DNA of 15,768 bases from Clostridia bacterium (GTDB lineage: Bacteria; Bacillota; Clostridia; TANB77; CAG-508): assembly GCA_022795675.1 (NCBI GenBank), contig JAAWHY010000020.1, positions 1-15,768 of the forward strand, given 5' to 3'. This document shows positions 8,332 to 15,544 of this stretch, one piece after another. The notes beneath the pieces were generated by a model, which worked only from the letters and a program-made list of their open reading frames with translations, ran no database searches and was not told where the DNA came from. The position numbers and the translations under genes were made by a program. Position 1 is the stretch's first letter. Every line of letters begins with the position of its first letter.

Positions 8332-9093
8332 CTATCCTAACGCAATATCTAATATCATCATTACTGCAAAACCTATAGTTACACCTATTACACCTAGCAT
8401 AGATTTTTTTCCACTATGCATTTCTGGAATTAATTCCTCTACTACTACAAATATCATAGCACCTGCTGCAAAGGCTAATAAATACGGTAAAATTGGTACC
8501 ACTATATTTGTTAATAATACAGTTATAATAGCCGCAATTGGTTCAACTATACCTGACATTACACCATATAAAAATGATTTTCCTTTACTTATTCCTTTCA
8601 TCTTTAAAGGCATTGAAATTATTGCACCTTCTGGAATATTTTGAATTGCTATCCCTATAGCTAGAACAACTGCTTCTAGAAAACTTATTCCTGCATTTCC
8701 TGCTAAAAATCCTGCAAAACATACACCTACTGCCATTCCTTCTGGAATGTTATGTAGTGTAACTGAAAATAATAACATGTTTAATTTTTTACCATTTGGT
8801 TTATTTTCAAACCTTTCAGCCATTTTATTTATGAAAAGTAAAAATATAACTCCTAATAATAATCCAACTGTTGCTGGTATCCAAGATATTACTCCTTGAT
8901 TTTCAGCCATTTCTACAGCTGGAAGTATAAGCGACCATACACTTGCTGCAATCATAACTCCTGAAGCAAAACCTATAATTATCTTTTGAAAATTTTCACT
9001 CATGTTTTTTTTCATGAAAAATACAAAACTACTTCCAAAACTTGTTCCAATAAATGGAACTAAGATTCCTCCAATACTATATAATATATTCAA
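8332..9093 (-). CDS. zupT: ZIP-family zinc/metal transporter (ZupT-like).
   Basis: Eight predicted TM helices with duplicated HNIPEG and QNIPEG motifs. It uses a TTG start, with AGGAGG 9 nt upstream. Confidence 0.85.
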   Translation of the reverse strand: MNILYSIGGILVPFIGTSFGSSFVFFMKKNMSENFQKIIIGFASGVMIAASVWSLILPAVEMAENQGVISWIPATVGLLLGVIFLLFINKMAERFENKPNGKKLNMLLFSVTLHNIPEGMAVGVCFAGFLAGNAGISFLEAVVLAIGIAIQNIPEGAIISMPLKMKGISKGKSFLYGVMSGIVEPIAAIITVLLTNIVVPILPYLLAFAAGAMIFVVVEELIPEMHSGKKSMLGVIGVTIGFAVMMILDIALG

Positions 9094-9188
9094 TGTTTTT
9101 GTCCTCCTATATTATATAATATTCTATTTTTGTTATTATGTTAATTTAGTTTTTTTAATAATTTAAAAATTTTTCATAACCATTGACA

Positions 9189-9425
9189 CTAAGTATCATA
9201 TTTATACTCCTTCTCTTCCATAAAATTATAAATTTCACTTAAATATTTTTTTGTTATCATTGCTAGCTTGGCTGGCGGATTTTTTGAGCCTTGATATATT
9301 AACTTTTTTGTGTAACAGTTTTCTGTTGTCTTAAATACTAGATACCTATTTTCAAGATATGTGAAATATACCTGATATCCTTTGTCTAATATCTCTTCAA
9401 ATTCATCAAATGTATTGTCTTGCAT
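9189..9425 (-). CDS. Small hypothetical protein (78 aa), translationally coupled to ligA.
   Basis: Its ATG lies 11 nt after the ligA stop, and AAGGAG overlaps the ligA stop codon. I recognise no motif. Confidence 0.5.
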   Translation of the reverse strand: MQDNTFDEFEEILDKGYQVYFTYLENRYLVFKTTENCYTKKLIYQGSKNPPAKLAMITKKYLSEIYNFMEEKEYKYDT

Positions 9426-9435
9426 TTTTTTCTCC

Positions 9436-11430
9436 TTATTTTATCATATCTTCAAATTCTTGTTCTGATATTACTATTATTCCCAAATTTTCTGCTTTTG
9501 TGAGTTTTGAGCCAGCCTCTTCGCCTGCTAGTACATAACTTGTCTTTTTTGATACAGAACTTGAGGTTTTGCCTCCAAATTTTTCTATTATTTCACTTGC
9601 TTCATCTCTTGTGTATTTTTCTAGCGTTCCTGTTAGTACAAAGGTTTTTCCGGCAAATCTATCATCTCGTAATTCTACATCTTCATGACTTTCCATGTTT
9701 ACACCTGCATTTTTTAGTTTTTCTATTAAGTCTATTGTTTGTTCTTGGTGAAAAAATTCATATATGCTTTTTGCTGATATTCCCCCTATTGTATCTATTA
9801 AGTTTAGACTTTCTATACTTGCATTCATTACACCTTCTATATTTCCATATCTTCTTGCAACAATTTTTGCTGCTTTATTTCCAATATGTCTTATTCCTAA
9901 TGCACATATTAGCCTTTCTAAATCATTGTTTTTGCTCTCATTAATAGCATCTATTAAGTTCTGCGCAAATTTGTCTCCACTCTTTTTTAATGAAGCTATT
10001 TCTTCTTTTTTTAGATAGTATATGTCTGCAATATTACTTAGATATCCTCTTTCTATAAGTTGCTCTATTACAGATATTCCTAGTCCTTCTATGTCCATTC
10101 CTGATTTAGAGGCAAAATGGACTAAATTTTGTAAATTTCTTGCACTACATTCTATTCCTATACAATACCACGCTGCTTCTCCTTCTTCTCTTACAACTGC
10201 TCCTCCACATACTGGACATACTTTTGGCATTTCAAATTCTATTTCTTTTCCATTTCTTTTTTGTTTTAAAACATCTACTACTTCTGGTATTACATCTCCT
10301 GCCTTTTGAATTACTACATGGTCTCCTATCTTTATTCCTTTTTCTTTTATAAAGTCTTCATTGTGTAATGTTGTTTTAGATATTGTTGACCCTGCAAGTT
10401 CTACTGGTTCTAATATTGCAACTGGAGTAATTGCTCCTGTTCTACCTACTTGACATTGTATTTCTTTTAGTATAGTTTCTTTTTTCTCTGGTGGATATTT
10501 ATATGCGATCGCCCAACGTGGTACTTTAAATGTTGTTCCAAGCTTTTCTCTATAATCCAAATTATCAACTTTGATGGCTGCTCCATCTGTTCCAAATGTT
10601 AGACTTTCTCTTCTTTTTCCTATGTCTTCTACCGCTTCTATTGCTTCTTCAATTCCATGACATAGTTTTTTTTCTGGATTTACATTGAATCCTAATTTTT
10701 CTAAGTATTTTAATTGTTCATAGTGTGAATTAAATTTATTTCCTGTTAATCTTTGAATATTAAATATATAGATATCTAATGGTCTTTTTTCTGTCATTTT
10801 ACTGTCTAATTGTCTTAATGAACCTGCTGCTGCATTTCTTGCATTTGCAAAGGTTTTCTCTCCTAAAATTTCTTGTTCTTCATTCATTTTTTCAAAGTCT
10901 TTTTTAGATATAAAAATTTCTCCGCGAACTATTAGATTAACAGGTTCCTTTAATTTTTTAGGTACATTTTTTATTGTTCTTATATTTTCTGTAACATCTT
11001 CTCCTTCTGTACCATTTCCTCTAGTTGCTCCTGTTACATATTCTCCTTTTACATATTCTATTGCTGAAGATAAACCATCTATTTTGGCTTCTACAGTATA
11101 ATCTATTTCTTCTATTCCTAACTGTTTTTTTACTCTTTCATCAAAACTCCTAAGTTCTTCTATGGAAAATACATCTTGTAGACTTTGAAGTGGTATTTCA
11201 TGCTCTATTTTATTAAAGCCTTCTTTTACAGTTCCACCAACTTTTTGAGTTAATGAATCTTTATCTATGAATTCTGGAAATTTTGCTTCTAAATTTCTAA
11301 GATCTACCATTAGCATATCATACTCTAAGTCACTTATTTCTGGTGCATCATCATCATAATATTTTTTTGCATAATATGAGGTTTTTTCTCTTAACTCTTT
11401 TATTCTCTTTTCTGCTTCTTCTTTATCCAT
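9436..11430 (-). CDS. ligA: NAD+-dependent DNA ligase.
   Basis: KxDG adenylation motif (KIDGLS), a four-Cys zinc finger (CPVCGG...CIGIEC), HhH region and C-terminal BRCT. The size is 664 aa. Confidence 0.95.
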   Translation of the reverse strand: MDKEEAEKRIKELREKTSYYAKKYYDDDAPEISDLEYDMLMVDLRNLEAKFPEFIDKDSLTQKVGGTVKEGFNKIEHEIPLQSLQDVFSIEELRSFDERVKKQLGIEEIDYTVEAKIDGLSSAIEYVKGEYVTGATRGNGTEGEDVTENIRTIKNVPKKLKEPVNLIVRGEIFISKKDFEKMNEEQEILGEKTFANARNAAAGSLRQLDSKMTEKRPLDIYIFNIQRLTGNKFNSHYEQLKYLEKLGFNVNPEKKLCHGIEEAIEAVEDIGKRRESLTFGTDGAAIKVDNLDYREKLGTTFKVPRWAIAYKYPPEKKETILKEIQCQVGRTGAITPVAILEPVELAGSTISKTTLHNEDFIKEKGIKIGDHVVIQKAGDVIPEVVDVLKQKRNGKEIEFEMPKVCPVCGGAVVREEGEAAWYCIGIECSARNLQNLVHFASKSGMDIEGLGISVIEQLIERGYLSNIADIYYLKKEEIASLKKSGDKFAQNLIDAINESKNNDLERLICALGIRHIGNKAAKIVARRYGNIEGVMNASIESLNLIDTIGGISAKSIYEFFHQEQTIDLIEKLKNAGVNMESHEDVELRDDRFAGKTFVLTGTLEKYTRDEASEIIEKFGGKTSSSVSKKTSYVLAGEEAGSKLTKAENLGIIVISEQEFEDMIK

Positions 11431-11486
11431 TATAATTATCTTTCCTTTCTTGCATGAAATAGGGTGGAAAAGAATTTTTCACACTT

Positions 11487-12134
11487 CTAGTCTTTTAATA
11501 AATCTTTTCCGCCTCTTAAGTAATCCCATCCCGAAAAAATTGTTGCTATTACACATATTACTAAAAGCGATGTTGATAAAATGTTAATTCCAAATTGCAT
11601 ATTATTCATGTATATACTTGCACTGTTTTCCATCATTGCTTGTGTATTTGAAACTCTAAAAATAAATTGTCCAAAGCTAAATTTATCAGCAAAACAACAA
11701 ATTACTGCAAGCATTTGTGTTACTGTTTTTATTTTCCCCCAAATTGATGCTGGTATTACTTTTCCGCCTTTCTCTACTGCAATTAATCTATACCCTGATA
11801 CCATAAATTCTCTTATTAATATTATTATAGGTATCCATGCTGGAATTCTTGAATATTCTACTAAAATAACTAGTGCTGCTATTACTAGAATTTTATCTGC
11901 TATTGGGTCTAAAAATTTCCCAAAAGTTGTAACTTGATTCCATTTTCTTGCAAGTGTTCCATCTAATTTATCTGTAAGTGCTGCTATTATAAAAATTATA
12001 TTCATTATCCAAAATGAAGTAGTTATTCCTAAAAATTCCCCTGGTATTCCAACTATACTATCAATTATTGGAATAATCATCATTATTATAACCAAAATCA
12101 TTCTAAAAATCGTAAGTTTATTAGGTAAATTCAT
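11487..12134 (-). CDS. pgsA: CDP-diacylglycerol--glycerol-3-phosphate 3-phosphatidyltransferase.
   Basis: CDP-alcohol phosphotransferase motif DKLDGTLARKWNQVTTFGKFLDPIADK. The N-terminus MNLPNKLTIFR matches the PgsA type. Multi-TM. Confidence 0.9.
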   Translation of the reverse strand: MNLPNKLTIFRMILVIIMMIIPIIDSIVGIPGEFLGITTSFWIMNIIFIIAALTDKLDGTLARKWNQVTTFGKFLDPIADKILVIAALVILVEYSRIPAWIPIIILIREFMVSGYRLIAVEKGGKVIPASIWGKIKTVTQMLAVICCFADKFSFGQFIFRVSNTQAMMENSASIYMNNMQFGINILSTSLLVICVIATIFSGWDYLRGGKDLLKD

Positions 12135-12237
12135 TATTACTCACATTCCTTTCTAAGTACAAACTTTCTTCCTCATTGTTCTCTTATTATATTAGAAAAA
12201 ATTAAAAAAATAAATAGTTTTACTAAATTTTTATAAT

Positions 12238-12266
12238 TTGCAATTTTATGTAAAATCATTTATAAT
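12238..12266 (+). promoter_or_regulatory. Sigma-A promoter (TTGCAA-17 nt-TATAAT) for the plus-strand membrane-protein gene.
   Basis: ttgcaa at 12238-12243, a 17-nt spacer, and tataat at 12261-12266. GGAGGAGG follows at 12284-12291. Confidence 0.5.
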
Positions 12267-12299
12267 ATTACATATAAAAATTTGGAGGAGGAAGCAGTA

Positions 12300-13025
12300 A
12301 TGCAAACAGAATTTAGAATTCTACATTCTCGGGTTATAGAAAATGGAATCATGTTTTATTCTAACTCTAATGAAGATTATGCTGCTATATCTACTATTGA
12401 TAAAAATGGTAATATAAAAGCAGAATGGACTTCAGTACAGAAATACAGAAAGGAGCATAAAAAAGAACAAATAATAGTAGACTTTAAAAATTTTTTACTT
12501 TTTTTACCACTTATTATATTTTTAGTAATTCCTTTTGTTATATTACTTTTTAGTGGAGCTTTTACAAGTAGATATGCTATTAAAAATCTTTTACAGTTCG
12601 CTTTAATTTGTAATTTAGTTATTATTTTAACAGTTCTATTATATAGACCCAAAAACATGTTAAAACTTAAAGCAGCTTCTGATATGCTCGTTAATGCATA
12701 TCGAGAACTTAGAAGTCCACCATCTCTTGAAGAACTTTCTACATATTCTTACTTGGATAATTTTAGTGGTAGTAATTCACTAATGCTAACAGCTATTATT
12801 GATATATTACTTCTTTTTTGTACTTGCATTAACAATCCATTTATTGCAATTATAGTATCTTTAATTGTAGTAGTGCTTATTAAACCAAAGCTTGAAATAT
12901 TATCTTATACTTACGGTTTTCTTAATTTTTCTCAGGCATTTTCTAAAACATCACCAACAGATACAGAATTAATGGTTGCAATTTCAGCACTGGAAGTTTG
13001 GATTAAAAACGAAGGATATAAATAA
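12300..13025 (+). CDS. Hypothetical membrane protein (241 aa from the ATG at 12300). It has a soluble N-terminal domain of about 65 aa followed by two pairs of TM helices.
   Basis: The track ORF starts at TTG 12282, which overlaps the SD GGAGGAGG, so ATG 12300 is the likely start. It is the only plus-strand gene in the window and is divergent from pgsA. I recognise no motif. Confidence 0.55.
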   Translation: MQTEFRILHSRVIENGIMFYSNSNEDYAAISTIDKNGNIKAEWTSVQKYRKEHKKEQIIVDFKNFLLFLPLIIFLVIPFVILLFSGAFTSRYAIKNLLQFALICNLVIILTVLLYRPKNMLKLKAASDMLVNAYRELRSPPSLEELSTYSYLDNFSGSNSLMLTAIIDILLLFCTCINNPFIAIIVSLIVVVLIKPKLEILSYTYGFLNFSQAFSKTSPTDTELMVAISALEVWIKNEGYK

Positions 13026-13090
13026 GACTAAATATAGTTTTTTAGTATTCTTCAATTAGCTTTTTCCGTGAGTTTTTATTTAAAACTCTT

Positions 13091-13130
13091 CCCCCAGTAA
13101 TTGTAAAATTACTGGGGAATTTCTTATATA
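13091..13130 (+). terminator. Rho-independent terminator of the membrane-protein gene. Possibly bidirectional, since the thrS transcript also reaches it.
   Basis: CCCCAGTAATT-GTAA-AATTACTGGGG (11-bp stem) followed by AATTTCTTATATA. The minus-strand reading is followed by GAGTTTTAAATAAAAAC. Confidence 0.55.
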
Positions 13131-13133
13131 CTT

Positions 13134-13156
13134 GGGGCAGACACAAGGCCTGCCCC
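13134..13156. repeat. G+C-rich hairpin element GGGGCAGAC-ACAAG-GCCTGCCCC. It shares the minus-strand GTAGGGGCA 5' motif with the thrS-flanking elements.
   Basis: 9-bp stem with one G.U pair, read directly. It ends in ..GCCCCTAC, as do elements A and B. Confidence 0.4.
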
Positions 13157-13205
13157 TACAAATTAACAATTTCATTATTAAATGATACAGAAAATATTTA
13201 AACAT

Positions 13206-13257
13206 AGGGCACAGTGGTGTCACGAGTTTTGGGTATTCCCGCAAATGGTGCCCCTAC
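13206..13257. repeat. Copy A of a G+C-rich structured repeat element (AGGGCACAGTGGTGTCAC-8 nt-GGTATTCCCGCAAATGGTGCCCCTAC), immediately 3' of the thrS stop.
   Basis: Near-identical arms recur at 15065-15155. On the minus strand, 5' GGGGCAC can pair with 3' GTGCCC. The element ends 4 nt before the thrS stop codon at 13262-13264. Confidence 0.6.
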
Positions 13258-13261
13258 GGTT

Positions 13262-15034
13262 TTATTTTCCTAATTTGTTTGCTTCTTCTTTTATTTTTGA
13301 AAGGAATTCTTGTTTATCCATTGCTCCAATGTCTCCTTCTGCTCTTGAACGAACTCCTACTGTTCCTGTTTCTTGTTCTTTTTTACCTATTACTAACATA
13401 TATGGTACTTTTTCTAATTGTGCTTTTCTTATCTTGTACCCTATCTTTTCGTTGGAATCATCTAATTCAACTCTTATACTTTCTAATTTTAATTCTTCTA
13501 CCAAGTTTTCTGCATATTCTTTGTTATCATCTGATATTGGTAATACTTTTACTTGTACTGGTGATAACCATACTGGAAGTGCTCCTTTTGTTTCTTCTAT
13601 TAAGAAGGACATAAATCTATCTAATGTTCCAAGTATCGCTCTATGAATTACTACTGGTCTATGCTCTTTTCCATCTTCTCCTATATATTCTAGTTCAAAT
13701 TTTTGTGGTAATAAGAAATCTAATTGACAGGTTGAAACAGTTACATCATGTCCCAATGCTGTTTTTATTTGAACATCTAGTTTTGGTCCATAGAATGCTG
13801 CTTCTCCTTTTGCTTCATAGAATTCAACTCCTAGTTCTTCTAAAATTTCCCTTAGCTGGCTTTCTGCATTGTCCCACATTTCGTCATCATCATAGTATTT
13901 TACTTTGTCTTCTTTATCTCTTAGAGAAAGTCTAAATGAATAGTCTTTAAATCCAAAGTCTTCATATACAGATAAAATTAATTCTACAACCTTTCTAAAT
14001 TCTTCTTTAATTTGGTCTGGTTTTACAAAAAGGTGTGCATCGTTTTGACACATTTCACGTACCCTTTCTAGTCCACAAACTGAGCCACTTGCTTCATATC
14101 TAAAGTCATGTGCAAGTTCTCCTATTCTTATTGGTAATTCTCTATATGAATGCATTTTATTTTTATATACTAACATGTGATGAGGGCAATTCATTGGTCT
14201 CAAAACTAATTGCTCGTTTTCCATTTGCATTATTGGGAACATATCATCTTTATAATGTGCCCAGTGCCCACTTGTTTCATATAATTTTACATTTGCAAGT
14301 GATGGAGTATATACATGTTTATATCCTAAAGCTATTTCTTTGTCTTGAATATATCTTTCTAATATTCTTCTTATTGTGGCACCATTTGGTAAATACATTG
14401 GAAGTCCAGAACCTACTAATTCATGTGTCATGAAAAGTTCTAATTCTTTTCCTATTTTTCTATGGTCTCTTTGTTTTGCTTCTTCTAGTTTTGCTAAGTA
14501 TTCATCTAGTTCAGATTGTTTTGGGAAAGAAATGCCATAAATTCTTTTTAGCATTTTATTATGCTCATCCCCTCTCCAATATGCTCCTGATGTAGATAAT
14601 AATTTTATACATCTAACACATCCTGTTGATGGTAAATGTGGCCCTCTACATAAATCTATAAATTCTCCTTGTTTATAGAAAGATATTGTTTCTCCCTCTG
14701 GTAATTCTTTTATTAATTCTACTTTATAGTCTTGTTTTTGTTCTTCCATTAGTTTTATTGCTTCTTCCCTTGGAAGTTCAAATCTTTCAATAACTAGATT
14801 TTCTTTTTCGATTTTCTTCATTTCTTCTTCTATTTTTATTAGGTCTTCTTCTGAAAATGATTGTTCAAGGTCAAAGTCATAATAAAATCCATTTTCTATT
14901 GATGGTCCAATTGCCATTTTTGCTTCTGGAAATAATCTTTTTACTGCTTGTGCCATAATGTGTGATGTTGTATGCCAATATACACTTTCTTCTACTTCTC
15001 TTGTTTTTCCACCTTCTAATTTAATTTTAAACAT
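13262..15034 (-). CDS. thrS: Threonyl-tRNA synthetase (590 aa from the ATG at 15032-15034), with a truncated N-terminal TGS domain.
   Basis: HxxxH editing-domain start (HTTSHIMAQAVKRL), the class-II motif HRKIGKELELF, and a C-terminal anticodon-binding domain. AGGAGG lies 8 nt upstream of MFKIKLEGG. The track ORF is extended through non-coding repeat DNA by an alternative start. Confidence 0.9.
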   Translation of the reverse strand: MFKIKLEGGKTREVEESVYWHTTSHIMAQAVKRLFPEAKMAIGPSIENGFYYDFDLEQSFSEEDLIKIEEEMKKIEKENLVIERFELPREEAIKLMEEQKQDYKVELIKELPEGETISFYKQGEFIDLCRGPHLPSTGCVRCIKLLSTSGAYWRGDEHNKMLKRIYGISFPKQSELDEYLAKLEEAKQRDHRKIGKELELFMTHELVGSGLPMYLPNGATIRRILERYIQDKEIALGYKHVYTPSLANVKLYETSGHWAHYKDDMFPIMQMENEQLVLRPMNCPHHMLVYKNKMHSYRELPIRIGELAHDFRYEASGSVCGLERVREMCQNDAHLFVKPDQIKEEFRKVVELILSVYEDFGFKDYSFRLSLRDKEDKVKYYDDDEMWDNAESQLREILEELGVEFYEAKGEAAFYGPKLDVQIKTALGHDVTVSTCQLDFLLPQKFELEYIGEDGKEHRPVVIHRAILGTLDRFMSFLIEETKGALPVWLSPVQVKVLPISDDNKEYAENLVEELKLESIRVELDDSNEKIGYKIRKAQLEKVPYMLVIGKKEQETGTVGVRSRAEGDIGAMDKQEFLSKIKEEANKLGK

Positions 15035-15064
15035 ATGATTTTTCCTCCTTTTTGAATATGACAA

Positions 15065-15155
15065 AGGGCACAGTGGTGTCACAGTTCTCTTCGAGCCCAG
15101 ATAAATTTGGCAATGCCAAATTTATCGTAGGTATTCCCACAAACGGTGCCCCTAC
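15065..15155. repeat. Copy B of the G+C-rich repeat element, located in the thrS 5'UTR between the T-box terminator and the RBS. It carries a 47-nt internal insert.
   Basis: The arms AGGGCACAGTGGTGTCAC and GGTATTCCCACAAACGGTGCCCCTAC match copy A with two substitutions. Confidence 0.6.
15100..15126. repeat. Perfect 27-bp palindrome GATAAATTTGGCAATGCCAAATTTATC inside element B. It is an operator-like dyad as DNA, or a 13-bp hairpin as RNA.
   Basis: Read directly. The 13-nt arms are exact reverse complements around a single central A. Confidence 0.7.
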
Positions 15156-15161
15156 ATATAT

Positions 15162-15400
15162 AATAAACAAAAAATCCCTATGGGATTTTTTGTATCCCAT
15201 AGGGGTATATTTTCATATACGGTTCCACCCTAAGATTTCACTTCATTTTAGATTTTAACGCTAATCCTAAACGCTAGCATTTCTGCTAGAAACTCCGAGG
15301 TAGTTTTTCAAATATGTTTACTAAAATTAGCTTTCAGCCACGACTAATTATCTCTACTAGCAACCTTTATTTTACTTCCGTCCTCTTCACAGTTTACTTA
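15162..15400 (-). promoter_or_regulatory. T-box riboswitch leader of thrS, with a threonine ACU specifier.
   Basis: On the minus strand, the Stem I base GAGG...ACU-A-CCUC gives the specifier. A CTAGCA-GAAA-TGCTAG hairpin follows. The T-box sequence AAATCTTAGGGTGGAACCG is the reverse complement of 15220-15237. The terminator is CCCTATGGGAT-ACAAAAA-ATCCCATAGGG followed by ATTTTTTGTTTATT (15162-15204). The TSS is assumed to lie about 7 nt past the -10 element. Confidence 0.8.
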
Positions 15401-15410
15401 AATTAATATA

Positions 15411-15439
15411 ATTATATTATTTTCTATACAGCTTGTCAA
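15411..15439 (-). promoter_or_regulatory. Consensus sigma-A promoter of the thrS leader (TTGACA-17 nt-TATAAT).
   Basis: Plus-strand tgtcaa at 15434-15439 and attata at 15411-15416, with an exact 17-nt spacer. Confidence 0.6.
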
Positions 15440-15477
15440 GGGAAAAATATGTATATTTTGTAACTATTCATTTAAAC

Positions 15478-15501
15478 GGACGCCCAAAGGAAAGGGCGTC
15501 C
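15478..15501 (-). terminator. G+C-rich hairpin GGACGCCC-AAAGGAAA-GGGCGTCC. It is the probable terminator of the partial gene entering from the right edge and lies just upstream of the thrS promoter.
   Basis: 8-bp perfect stem. The minus-strand reading is followed by GTTTAAATG, a weak U-tract. On the minus strand it is preceded by GTAGGG, like the other G+C elements. Confidence 0.4.
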
Positions 15502-15544
15502 CTACAATGTATATTTATATATAATCATCCATACAATATAGATT

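Noticed and set aside
9094-9188. A Zur box or Fur box upstream of zupT.
   Set aside because: I found no CGTAAT/ATTACG-type dyad. There is only a plausible TTAACA-17-TATTAT promoter, so no regulatory site is claimed.
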